Source: Patescibacteria group bacterium (GTDB taxonomy: Bacteria > Patescibacteriota > Patescibacteriia > Patescibacteriales > JBAZCA01). Taken from it: a DNA stretch of 64,000 bases. The notes beneath the pieces were generated by a model, which saw nothing but the letters and a program-made list of their open reading frames with translations, was not told where the DNA came from and did no database searches. The DNA is taken from positions 85,864 to 149,863 of the forward strand of contig JBAZCA010000005.1 in assembly GCA_041671125.1 (NCBI GenBank), given 5' to 3'. The position numbers and the translations under genes were made by a program. Within the stretch, counting starts at the first letter, position 1. Each line of letters opens with the position of its first letter. Below, one piece after another: positions 10,364 to 18,712 of the stretch.

Positions 10364-10800
10364 TGGTGGAAATAAATAACCAAACGAAAAGCAAGATAGA
10401 TGAGTTGTTGATTAGAAAGGTTGCCGAAGCGTTCTTAAAATCCCACCATAAAATTGGCCATGAGCTTTCCATTGCCATTATCGGCGACGCGGCCATGAGA
10501 AAAATAAACCGCGAGCGCAGGCGGATTGACTCTCCGACCGATGTATTATCTTTTAGGGGCGAGGGCGGATTTTTTGGCGAAATTATCCTTGACTATAGCC
10601 AGATTAAAAAGCAGGCTCGGGAACTAAAGAAGAGCGCCGGTGACGAGCTGGTTTTTATCCTGGTCCACGGCTTACTGCATTTGGCCGGATACGACGACCG
10701 GACGGAAAAAGAAAGGCTTAAGATGATAAGGCTGGGGGGGGAGTTTATAAAAATGCAAAAATTAAAAATAAAAATGCAAAATGACAAAGATAAAATTTAA
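10360..10800 (+). CDS. ybeY: Endoribonuclease YbeY (rRNA maturation factor)
   Basis: Zn-binding motif HGLLHLAGYDD within FILVHGLLHLAGYDDRT, and a typical size. The last ~16 codons (MQKLKIKMQNDKDKI) are encoded by the left arm of a spacer palindrome. Confidence 0.85.
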   Translation: MMVEINNQTKSKIDELLIRKVAEAFLKSHHKIGHELSIAIIGDAAMRKINRERRRIDSPTDVLSFRGEGGFFGEIILDYSQIKKQARELKKSAGDELVFILVHGLLHLAGYDDRTEKERLKMIRLGGEFIKMQKLKIKMQNDKDKI

Positions 10801-10868
10801 AATTAGTATAGTTCTTTATTCATTTTAACTTTTTGCATTGTCATTTTGCATTTTGATTTTTACATTTT
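10750..10868. repeat. AT-rich spacer palindrome (tgcaaaat / attttgca family) overlapping the ybeY 3' end
   Basis: ATGCAAAATGACAA at 10774-10787 is the exact reverse complement of TTGTCATTTTGCAT at 10838-10851. The arms extend imperfectly on both sides. Confidence 0.7.
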
Positions 10869-10877
10869 AATTTATCT

Positions 10878-11243
10878 ATGATTCGCGTAAAACGACTGGC
10901 AAAAAGCTTCACCTACGCTTTTAAGGGGCTGGAAAAAATTTTCAGGGAAGAGCAGAACATAAGAATTATTCTTTTTCTCGCCCTGGGGGCGATAGTTTTA
11001 GGGGTTTATCTTCGGATTAGCCGGATTGAATGGTGCGTCCTGGTTATCGCTCTTACGTTGCCTCTGCTGATGGAAATAATTAATAGCGCCGTGGAAAGGG
11101 TGGCTGACGTTTTAAAGCCCCGGATTGATAAATACGTAAAAGAGGTGAAGGATATAATGGCCGCCGCGGTCCTTTTTGCCTCCATCTCCGCCCTGGTTAT
11201 CGGAGTGATAATATTTTTGCCGCATATCCTTGGCGGAAAGTAA
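10878..11243 (+). CDS. dgkA: Diacylglycerol/undecaprenol kinase family membrane protein
   Basis: 121 aa with 3 TM segments and the motif EIINSAVERVADV (E..NSA.E..VD). Confidence 0.75.
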   Translation: MIRVKRLAKSFTYAFKGLEKIFREEQNIRIILFLALGAIVLGVYLRISRIEWCVLVIALTLPLLMEIINSAVERVADVLKPRIDKYVKEVKDIMAAAVLFASISALVIGVIIFLPHILGGK

Positions 11244-11356
11244 AATTTTTGGTATAATAAATAAAACTATAGCGTTTAGCGTATAGTGGGTAGAGTCAGT
11301 TTTAACGACGGAAATTTCTAAACGCTAAACCCTATACCCTAACCCCTAAATTATAT

Positions 11357-12622
11357 ATGAGAGAAAACATCATCGCCGGACTGGATATCGGATCCTCAAA
11401 GATACGCCTCGTCATCGGCCAGAAAAGCTTAAACCGCGAGGAGCGGGGATTTCAGGTAATCGGCGCCGTTGAAACGCCGACCGAAGGGCTTTCCCGCGGA
11501 ATAGTGAACAGCATAGAAGACGCGACATCTTCAATTTCATCGTGCCTGGAAAAAGCCGAGCGGCTTACCGGCGCGCCGGTAAAAAGCGTCTGGGTGGGAA
11601 TTAATTTTCCCAACGTTAAATGCGAAAAAAGCCGGGGAGTGGTCGCGGTCGGAAAATCGGATGGCGAAATAACGCCGGACGACGTGGAGCGGGCTTTAGA
11701 AGCGGCTCGGGCTTTGTCAGTTCCGCCGAATTACGAAATCCTCCATGTTATTCCGGTAAAATTCACGGTTGACAACCAGGAAGAGATAAAAGACCCGATC
11801 GGCATGACCGGAGTCCGGCTTGAAGTTGAAACCCTTATAATCCAGGGACTTTCATCCCAGATAAAAAACCTTACCAAAGCCATTTACCGGACCGGCCTGG
11901 AAATTGAAGACCTGGTTCTATCGCCTTTAGCCGCCGCCGAAGCAGTTATCAGCGCCAAGCAGAAAGAACTCGGAGCGGCGCTTATAAATATCGGTTCTTC
12001 TACTACCAGCCTCGCCGTTTTTGAAGAGGGCGAGCTTTTGCATACCGCGGTTTTACCGGTCGGCTCTGAACATATTACCGCCGATATCGCCATCGGGCTC
12101 CGCTGTCCCATCAACCTGGCCGAAAAGATAAAGATTGAATACGGCAGCGCCAAACCGGACCAGTTCTCAAAAAAAGACGAAATTGATTTAAGCCTCATGG
12201 CCGAAGAAGGGGAGAGCGCTGAAGACAGCCAGGTTTCCCAAAAATACATTTCCGAAATAATTGAGGCCCGGGTTGAGGAAATTTTTGAAAAGATCGACGC
12301 TGAATTTAAAAAGATTGACCGCTCGGGAATGCTCCCGGCCGGAGTTTTTCTAGTCGGCGGCGGCGCCAAGCTTGCCCATATAACCGAGATTGCCAAGAAA
12401 AAATTAAGGCTTCCGGCCTGCCTCGGCGCCAACAAGGCGGCGCGGACCGTTATAGATAAAGTTGACGACCCAACCTACCTGACGGCACTCGGCCTTTCTA
12501 TCTGGGGCAACCAGGCTTTAGACCATGAAAGCGTCCGAAAAGTTGACTGGATTCGGGGAACCGCGGCCGTTAACAAGTCGGTGGACAGAATTAAGAAGTG
12601 GATATCGTCGCTCATGCCGTAA
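11357..12622 (+). CDS. ftsA: Cell division protein FtsA
   Basis: Actin-fold N-terminus IIAGLDIGSSKIRLVIGQ, GGGAKL near the C-terminus, and a position immediately upstream of ftsZ. Confidence 0.9.
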   Translation: MRENIIAGLDIGSSKIRLVIGQKSLNREERGFQVIGAVETPTEGLSRGIVNSIEDATSSISSCLEKAERLTGAPVKSVWVGINFPNVKCEKSRGVVAVGKSDGEITPDDVERALEAARALSVPPNYEILHVIPVKFTVDNQEEIKDPIGMTGVRLEVETLIIQGLSSQIKNLTKAIYRTGLEIEDLVLSPLAAAEAVISAKQKELGAALINIGSSTTSLAVFEEGELLHTAVLPVGSEHITADIAIGLRCPINLAEKIKIEYGSAKPDQFSKKDEIDLSLMAEEGESAEDSQVSQKYISEIIEARVEEIFEKIDAEFKKIDRSGMLPAGVFLVGGGAKLAHITEIAKKKLRLPACLGANKAARTVIDKVDDPTYLTALGLSIWGNQALDHESVRKVDWIRGTAAVNKSVDRIKKWISSLMP

Positions 12623-12630
12623 TTATAGCC

Positions 12631-12720
12631 GAAAAGTCTTTAAGTCCGAAAGTCTGGAAAAAAGCGCAAAATTATTTTTATTCCGGGCTTTAGACTTTTT
12701 TAACTAGGGACTTTAGGACT
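12631..12720. repeat. Spacer palindrome built from AAGTC / GACTT units
   Basis: The left arm is aaagtctttaagtccgaaagtctgg. The right arm is gggctttagacttttttaactagggactttaggactt. Unit polarity is inverted between the arms. Confidence 0.6.
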
Positions 12721-12802
12721 TATCCTTATAGGGTCTTGCAAAAATTCGGGCAATACTATAAACTTATTTTACTAAAACATTACTCATAAAATCTCAATAA
12801 AT

Positions 12803-13987
12803 ATGCCTGAAATAAAACCGGCGATTGAGACAATCGCCAAAATCAAGGTAATCGGCGTGGGCGGCGGCGGCGGAAGCGTTGTTAATCGGATGGTTGACGC
12901 CGGCGTCAAAGGCGTTGAATTTATCGCCGTAAATACCGATGTTCAGGCGTTGCATTACAATAAAGCCTCAAAAAAGCTCCATATCGGCAAAGCCGTAACC
13001 CGGGGTCTCGGCGCGGGGATGAATCCTGAACTGGGGCGGAACGCGGCCGAAGAATCCCAAAACGAGATCAGGGACCTTTTAAAAGATTCGGATATGGTCT
13101 TTATCACTTGCGGGTTAGGCGGCGGAACCGGAACCGGAGCCGCTCCGGTCGTTGCCGAATTGGCTAAAGACATCGGCGCTTTAACCATCGCCGTTGTTAC
13201 TAAGCCGTTCGCTTTTGAGGGATCGCAGAGGAAAAATATCGCCGAGCGCGGACTCTCCGAATTGATTGATAAAGTGGATACCATAATAACCATCCCGAAC
13301 GATAAACTGCTCCAGGTGATTGATAAAAAAACTTCACTACTTGACGCTTTTAACGTAGTGGATGACGTCCTCCGCCAGGGCGTCCAGGGAATTTCCGAAC
13401 TGATAACTGTGCCGGGGCTTATAAACGTTGACTTTGCCGATGTTAAGGCCGTCATGTCCAACGCCGGATCGTCCCTGATGGGCATCGGGCTCGCCAGCGG
13501 CGAAAATAAAGCCATTGAAGCGGCCAAGATGGCCATCAATTCGCCCCTCTTAGAGATGTCCATTGAAGGCGCCCGCGGCATCCTTTTCACCATCACCGGC
13601 GGACCGTCCCTTAGCATGGCCGAAGTTTCCGAGGCGGCCAAGGTAATCACCGCGTCGGCTGACGAAGAAGCAAAAATCATTTTCGGCGCCGTGATTGACG
13701 AAAAAATGAAAGACGAAGTTAAAATAACCGTAGTCGCCACCGGCTTTGATTTTAAATCCGGCAAAAGGGAAGAGGCTGGCAAAGAGCGTTCCTACACACC
13801 GAGCTCGTTTATCGCGGCCGAAGAACGGAAAGACGAAATGAAAGAATTTTCCATGCCCGAGCGGAAGAAATCCAAAGTTTCCTCCTTAAAAGCCGCCCAG
13901 GCCGAACCGGCGAAGAAAAAGTCCGATTATGCCGAAGAAGATGACGAACTTTCCATCCCGGCATTTATTCGGAAAAAAATGATGTAA
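12803..13987 (+). CDS. ftsZ: Cell division GTPase FtsZ
   Basis: [13 protein letters not shown] and the tubulin signature [13 protein letters not shown]. The C-terminal peptide is [12 protein letters not shown]. Confidence 0.95.
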   Translation: MPEIKPAIETIAKIKVIGVGGGGGSVVNRMVDAGVKGVEFIAVNTDVQALHYNKASKKLHIGKAVTRGLGAGMNPELGRNAAEESQNEIRDLLKDSDMVFITCGLGGGTGTGAAPVVAELAKDIGALTIAVVTKPFAFEGSQRKNIAERGLSELIDKVDTIITIPNDKLLQVIDKKTSLLDAFNVVDDVLRQGVQGISELITVPGLINVDFADVKAVMSNAGSSLMGIGLASGENKAIEAAKMAINSPLLEMSIEGARGILFTITGGPSLSMAEVSEAAKVITASADEEAKIIFGAVIDEKMKDEVKITVVATGFDFKSGKREEAGKERSYTPSSFIAAEERKDEMKEFSMPERKKSKVSSLKAAQAEPAKKKSDYAEEDDELSIPAFIRKKMM

Positions 13988-14012
13988 AATTAGCTAAAAA
14001 TTGTTTTATAAG

Positions 14013-14040
14013 AAATGAGGCCATTTTGGCCTCATTTTTG
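14013..14040 (+). terminator. Rho-independent terminator after ftsZ
   Basis: Stem AATGAGGCC (14014-14022) pairs with GGCCTCATT (14028-14036). The loop is ATTTT and a T-run follows. Confidence 0.7.
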
Positions 14041-14052
14041 TGTATAATGGAT

Positions 14053-14082
14053 GCGCGATTCTTGCGCGATTCTTGCGCGATT
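14053..14082 (+). repeat. Tandem 11-nt repeat GCGCGATTCTT (about 2.7 copies) between two -10-like boxes upstream of fic
   Basis: gcgcgattctt gcgcgattctt gcgcgatt is read directly from the sequence. TATAAT lies at 14043-14048 and TGcTATTAT at 14093-14101. Confidence 0.8.
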
Positions 14083-14107
14083 ATTTAAAATATGCTATTA
14101 TTAAAAT

Positions 14108-15169
14108 ATGTTTAAGCCACAATACAATTTAACCGATTCCATCGTTAAAAAGCTTACCGAAATAGCCGAGGCCAAGGCCATTATTGAGGGTGCAAAAATT
14201 TTACCGCAACAGGAGTTAAAGCTACGAAGACAGGCCATAATCAGGATGTCGCAAAGCTCTACGGCGATTGAAGGCAATATGTTGAATATTGCTCAAGTTG
14301 GAGCCTTGTACGCCAACAAAAAAATTGACGCGCCAGAAAGGGATATCTATGAAGTGGAGAATTACTTAAAGGCCTTGAAGTATATTGATGAAGTAGTGAA
14401 GAAAAAACTGCCGATTTCCGAAAAGGTTATTTTGCATATACATAAGCTTGTTACCGATAAAACATTAGCCAAAGAAAAAAGCGGCTTTTATCGCAAGACA
14501 CCGGTCTATGTAGTCAAATCAATGCTAGGTCGCGTTACCGAAGTCGTCTATACCGGGCCGGAGGCTTCCAAAGTAAAAAAATTATGCGCAGATTTGGTTC
14601 AATGGATAGAGCAAAGCGAAAAAGAATCCATTAATCCAGTTATTGTGGCTGGTATAGTCCATCAAGAAATTGCCGCTATTCATCCCTTTGCTGATGGCAA
14701 TGGTAGAACAGCGCGTGCTTTGGCTACGCTAATTCTTTATCAGCGGGGCTATGATTTCAGGCGTTTATTTGCCTTGGAGGATTATTACAATCGCGAACGC
14801 CAAGATTATTATAATGCAATTAATATCGGTAAAAAATACGAAGAAAGAAAAGTTGATTTTACTCCTTGGCTTGAATATTTCGTTCTAGGATTCAGAGAGG
14901 AAATTGAGAATGTCAAAGCCAAAATAAAATCATTATCCAGGAAAGCAGTGGGCGACCATATTAACGAGCAAGTATATTTAGATCCGGATCAATTGAAGAT
15001 TTTGGATTTTATTGATCAAGTGAGCCGAATTACGACCAAGGATGTCGAGGATATTCTGAAATGCCCGAAAAGAACCGCCCAGCTTTATTTGCAGAAGCTG
15101 AAGAAAATGAAAATGATTCGGCAAGTCGGCAAAGGTCCGGCGAGCGCGTATATTTTAGAAGAAAAGTAG
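14108..15169 (+). CDS. fic: Fic family protein (AMPylase-type) with an N-terminal autoinhibitory helix and a C-terminal winged-helix region
   Basis: Fic motif HPFADGNGRTARAL. Inhibitory motif (S/T)xxxE(G/N) present as STAIEGN. The C-terminal tail is HTH-like (ITTKDVEDILKCPKRTAQLYLQKLKKMKMI). Confidence 0.9.
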   Translation: MFKPQYNLTDSIVKKLTEIAEAKAIIEGAKILPQQELKLRRQAIIRMSQSSTAIEGNMLNIAQVGALYANKKIDAPERDIYEVENYLKALKYIDEVVKKKLPISEKVILHIHKLVTDKTLAKEKSGFYRKTPVYVVKSMLGRVTEVVYTGPEASKVKKLCADLVQWIEQSEKESINPVIVAGIVHQEIAAIHPFADGNGRTARALATLILYQRGYDFRRLFALEDYYNRERQDYYNAINIGKKYEERKVDFTPWLEYFVLGFREEIENVKAKIKSLSRKAVGDHINEQVYLDPDQLKILDFIDQVSRITTKDVEDILKCPKRTAQLYLQKLKKMKMIRQVGKGPASAYILEEK

Positions 15170-15170
15170 T

Positions 15171-15341
15171 ATGAAACGAAAAAATAAAATTGAAACGAAT
15201 AATAGCAAGCTAATCTCAGCCTATTTAGATATGCTTAGAAAAAGAGCTTTAATTGAAAGTACCGGCGCGTCGCTTCGGCTTTCTGGGCGGAATATTACGA
15301 ATGAGCAGGTCGCGGAGATTTTGAAGAAGATGGGAGAATAA
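15171..15341 (+). CDS. Small ORF (56 aa) resembling a Fic N-terminal/alpha-inh segment
   Basis: The ATG lies 1 nt after the fic stop. The segment ALIESTGASLRLSGRNITNEQVAEIL parallels the Fic N-terminal pattern SSxIEGxxLTxxEV, but Ser replaces the Glu. It is too short to be sure it is expressed. Confidence 0.3.
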   Translation: MKRKNKIETNNSKLISAYLDMLRKRALIESTGASLRLSGRNITNEQVAEILKKMGE

Positions 15342-15394
15342 GTTTTGGGGATGAGGAGGTGGGGGGTGAGGCTGACTAAAACTCCGATTAATAA

Positions 15395-15505
15395 TGTAAA
15401 CTTAAAGAAGAAATCGCCCGAACCGATAAAAAGATTGACGAGGAGGTTTTTGGGCTTTATGGGTTGGGGGAAATTAAGATTGTGAAAAAATTAAGTAAAA
15501 AATAA
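15395..15505 (+). pseudogene. Remnant C-terminus of an N6-adenine DNA methyltransferase / type IIG-like restriction-modification gene
   Basis: A short open frame translates as ...EEIARTDKKIDEEVFGLYGLGEIKIVKKLSKK*. This matches the characteristic ID..VY.LYGLT.EEI.IV tail of such enzymes, and no upstream body is present. Confidence 0.45.
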
Positions 15506-15506
15506 A

Positions 15507-16151
15507 ATGATCAAAAACAGGCTATTAAAAACCGAGAATGCAATAATGAGAGAAGCGTTGCTATATAAAATCGTTTCCTTGAATGAGATTATTAAACCTG
15601 GATTTAATTTTGGGAGTGTGACAAAAAAAGATAACCTAAAAGAATATTTTGCAGGGCTAATTTTGAGTAAGATATATTCCTTAGTTGTTTCTATGAATAA
15701 CAGTATTTTTGCGAATGACGTTTTTATATCCATATATCTTTATAGATATATTTATGAGTTGTCTATAAAAGTTTTCTATATTTTCTCTGGCTCTCCCGAA
15801 GATCAAATCTTATCGAGATTGAACGAATTTTTTGATAACAAAAAATGGAACCTTGCAGAGATTAAAGATGCGATAGACATTAATTTATCGTCACCAGAAC
15901 TATTCAGAAATCATAAAAAAAGCTATGAAAGCATTTGTAAGTTTGTTCATCCTAATATTGATAGCCTTAATCTGCATCTTAATCGGACGGACGATCAGCA
16001 ATTTGAATTTATATGCCCAAACATTAATTTGACTATTTGGTACATAGTCGAGATTATGAGACTTTTTATGAATTTTAAAATATTAAATTTGAATACGAAT
16101 ATAGACCAGAAAAAGTTAAGATTTCTACAATCTTTTGAAGTTCATCCTTAA
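15507..16151 (+). CDS. Hypothetical protein (214 aa), markedly AT-rich and probably acquired
   Basis: A long ORF in a locally AT-rich segment. I see no recognisable motif. It sits in the Fic/RM-scar islet. Confidence 0.55.
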   Translation: MIKNRLLKTENAIMREALLYKIVSLNEIIKPGFNFGSVTKKDNLKEYFAGLILSKIYSLVVSMNNSIFANDVFISIYLYRYIYELSIKVFYIFSGSPEDQILSRLNEFFDNKKWNLAEIKDAIDINLSSPELFRNHKKSYESICKFVHPNIDSLNLHLNRTDDQQFEFICPNINLTIWYIVEIMRLFMNFKILNLNTNIDQKKLRFLQSFEVHP

Positions 16152-16369
16152 TAGATAAAATTCAATTTAAAAGCCCGCCGAAAGACGATATTTGCCAGAA
16201 AATAAAAAAAGTCTTCCATGACGGAGACTTGGAAACCCAGTAGAAAACTTTTTTTATCCTGATATTTGTCTGCGGTTTTAAGAGTTTAGCCGCGGGAGAG
16301 CCGAAGCCCTCACAAATATCATTAATACTATAATAGCACAAAGGCCATGAGAATTTATAGCCCAACCCA

Positions 16370-17596
16370 ATGAACCAATCCCAAGCCATGAAAATTTTAG
16401 AGTCGGGAGAGAATGTCTTTTTGACCGGGTCGGCCGGAACAGGCAAGACTTTTTTGATAAATGAATTTATCGGCCGTTTAAAAGAGAAAAAAATTAAAGT
16501 TGGGATTACCGCCTCAACCGGAATCGCCGCCACCCATATCGGCGGCCGGACCATCCACTCCTGGGCGGGAATCGGCATTGAAAAAAAGTTAAGCCCGAAA
16601 AAAATAAATAAAATTCTCAGGAATAAAAAAGTCCGGCAAAGGATAGAAGAGGCGCGAGTTCTTATTATTGACGAAATATCAATGTTGGACGCTGACCGGC
16701 TTAATCTTACGGACGAGATATGCAAAGCGATTAAAAATCCGTTTTTGCCGTTCGGCGGAATCCAGATTGTCCTCTCCGGCGATTTTTTTCAGCTCCCGCC
16801 GGTTGAAAAGGGCGCGAAGTTCGCTTATGAATCCTTAGCCTGGAAAGAAGCCAAAGTAAAAGTCTGCTATCTTGACGAACAGTTCCGGCAGGATGACGCG
16901 ACTTTTACGGATCTTTTAAATAAAATCAGGAGTAATTCCGCCGGAACGGACGAAATGAATTCCTTAAAGTCGCGCCTTTTTAGATCCATAGTCGGTTTTA
17001 AAAAGCCCACCAAGCTTTATACCCATAACGCCGACGTTGATGCCGTAAACAGCTACGAATTATCGCGCGTCCCCGGGAAAGAGTCGGTTTACCCGATGAC
17101 CGAGCGCGGCCCGCGGGAGCTCGTAAATTTTTTAAAGAAATCCTGCCTGGCGCCCGAAGAACTGAAGCTGAAAATTGGCGCCATGGTTATGTTCGTAAAA
17201 AATAATTTTGAGGCCGGTTACGTGAACGGCACGCTGGGGACGGTAGTTGGTTTTAATGAAGATGAATATCCTGTCGTAAAAATTAGGTCAGGCAGTGAAA
17301 TTACGGCTGTTTCTTCCGGCTGGGAAATTGAAGAAGACGAAAAAGTCATAGCGGCCATCAGTCAGATTCCTCTGCGCCTCGCCTGGGCCATTACGGTCCA
17401 TAAAAGCCAGGGCATGAGCCTTGACGCGGCGGAAATAGATTTATCGCGATCTTTTGAGTACGGCATGGGGTATGTAGCGCTCTCAAGGGTGAGGACTTTG
17501 GCGGGCATGCGGCTTATAGGAATAAATGAAGAGGCTTTGCGGGTTGATCCGAAAGTTCTCCTAAAAGATTTGGAATTTAAAAATTTATCAAAATAA
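16370..17596 (+). CDS. PIF1/RecD-like SF1 DNA helicase
   Basis: Walker A GSAGTGKTF, Walker B LIIDEISML, and the C-terminal motifs AITVHKSQGMS and YVALSRV. Confidence 0.85.
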   Translation: MNQSQAMKILESGENVFLTGSAGTGKTFLINEFIGRLKEKKIKVGITASTGIAATHIGGRTIHSWAGIGIEKKLSPKKINKILRNKKVRQRIEEARVLIIDEISMLDADRLNLTDEICKAIKNPFLPFGGIQIVLSGDFFQLPPVEKGAKFAYESLAWKEAKVKVCYLDEQFRQDDATFTDLLNKIRSNSAGTDEMNSLKSRLFRSIVGFKKPTKLYTHNADVDAVNSYELSRVPGKESVYPMTERGPRELVNFLKKSCLAPEELKLKIGAMVMFVKNNFEAGYVNGTLGTVVGFNEDEYPVVKIRSGSEITAVSSGWEIEEDEKVIAAISQIPLRLAWAITVHKSQGMSLDAAEIDLSRSFEYGMGYVALSRVRTLAGMRLIGINEEALRVDPKVLLKDLEFKNLSK

Positions 17597-17716
17597 GGTA
17601 TTATTATTAAATCTTCAATTATCAATTTATCCCAAAGGGATCCCTTCGGGACAATTTTCAATTCACGTAAATAAATTTATATCAGCGCATTATAATTGAT
17701 AATTTATAATAAACTT

Positions 17717-18424
17717 ATGCCTAAACTAATTTTTGACATTGAAACCGTAGGGGAAAATTACGACGAGCTGGATGGGACAACGCAAGATGTCCTAACGCGC
17801 CGGATTAAAGGTGAAGAAGGAAGCGGGGAATATGACGCCGAGCTGGAGGAGATAAAAGGAACGCTCGGGCTCTCGCCCTTAACCGGCGAAATCGTTGCTA
17901 TCGGAGTTCTTGACGGCGACAAAGACAAAGGCGCGGTTTATTACCAGGCGCCAGGCGCGAAGGAAAAAGATTCGGAAGAAGGCGGAATTAAATTTCGGCC
18001 CATGAGCGAAAAGGAAATGCTTGAACACTTTTGGGACGTCGCGGAAAAATATGATGAATTCGTAAGTTTTAACGGCCGCGGTTTTGACGCCCCGTATATG
18101 ATGATCCGTTCGGCTATCCACGGCATCCGGCCGAGCCGCGATCTTATGTTTAACCGTTATTTGTCCAGCCAAAAATATGTTAACGCCAAGCATATTGACT
18201 TAATGGACCAACTTTCTTTTTACGGCGCCACCCGGAATAAAAGCCTGCATCTTTACTGCCGGGCGTTCGGCATAAAAAGCCCTAAGGCCGGCGGAGTTTC
18301 CGGCGATGACGTAGGCGCTCTCTTTAAAGCCGGCCGGTTTTTAGATATCGCCCGCTATAATGTCGGCGATTTAATCGCGACCAAAGCTCTATATGAATAT
18401 TGGGAGAATTATTTGAGGTTTTAG
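17717..18424 (+). CDS. Predicted 3'-5' exonuclease (RNase H-like fold, PolB-exonuclease-related)
   Basis: ExoI-like LIFDIETVG, then FNGRGFDAPY and YNVGDL. I chose the ATG at 17717 because TATAAT (17705-17710) sits 6 nt upstream of it. The ORF-track start at 17696 lies upstream of that box. Confidence 0.65.
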   Translation: MPKLIFDIETVGENYDELDGTTQDVLTRRIKGEEGSGEYDAELEEIKGTLGLSPLTGEIVAIGVLDGDKDKGAVYYQAPGAKEKDSEEGGIKFRPMSEKEMLEHFWDVAEKYDEFVSFNGRGFDAPYMMIRSAIHGIRPSRDLMFNRYLSSQKYVNAKHIDLMDQLSFYGATRNKSLHLYCRAFGIKSPKAGGVSGDDVGALFKAGRFLDIARYNVGDLIATKALYEYWENYLRF

Positions 18425-18486
18425 GCGGTAAATTTAAGGATTTCTTAATCTTTTTAACGCTATAATAATATAGTTTTTTGACCGGC

Positions 18487-18524
18487 TTATCCACAGTTTG
18501 GAACAAAAATTTCAGTTATCCACA
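18487..18524 (+). promoter_or_regulatory. Two perfect consensus DnaA boxes (TTATCCACA) in direct orientation
   Basis: TTATCCACA occurs at 18487-18495 and at 18516-18524, both in the spacer upstream of the nrd promoter. Confidence 0.5.
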
Positions 18525-18620
18525 GGGTAAAAAAGTTAAAATTTTTAAAGCCGCGAGGGTCTTTGTTGGACTCTTATTTTTTTCTCTAACCTTAAATTAA
18601 ATTTTTCCGGTTAAAGAGGC

Positions 18621-18648
18621 TTGACGGGTTTAAGGGGAATGCTATAAT
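18621..18648 (+). promoter_or_regulatory. Sigma70-type promoter of the nrdR-nrdD-nrdG operon
   Basis: -35 TTGACG (18621-18626), a 16-nt spacer, and an extended -10 TGcTATAAT (18640-18648). Confidence 0.6.
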
Positions 18649-18663
18649 TAAATTAACGACAAA

Positions 18664-18712
18664 ATACTATATATTGTGCCACAGATAAAAAGTGAGACCC
18701 AATATATTGATT
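18664..18712 (+). promoter_or_regulatory. Tandem NrdR boxes
   Basis: ATACTATATATTGTGC (18664-18679) matches 14 of 16 positions of the acaCwAtATaTwGtgt consensus. ACCCAATATATTGATT (18697-18712) has a perfect CwAtATaTwG core. The cores are 33 nt apart. Confidence 0.65.

Noticed and set aside
11263-11345. The dgkA-ftsA spacer as a member of the long-palindrome families
   Set aside because: Only a ~10-bp stem (TAGCGTTTAG with CTAAACGCTA) pairs convincingly. The remaining similarity consists of direct repeats, so I did not list it as a defined element.
16152-16369. The 218-nt gap before the helicase gene as a tRNA or small-RNA locus
   Set aside because: I could find no cloverleaf and no T-loop (GTTCRANYC-like) sequence. 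The gap holds only a short hairpin (AGTCTTCCatgaCGGAGACT) and a -10 box.
18487-18524. The two DnaA boxes as the chromosomal replication origin
   Set aside because: Only two boxes are present. No dnaA or dnaN lies nearby, and gene orientation does not switch here. A regulatory role at the nrd promoter is the more economical reading. It remains testable by genome-wide skew analysis.
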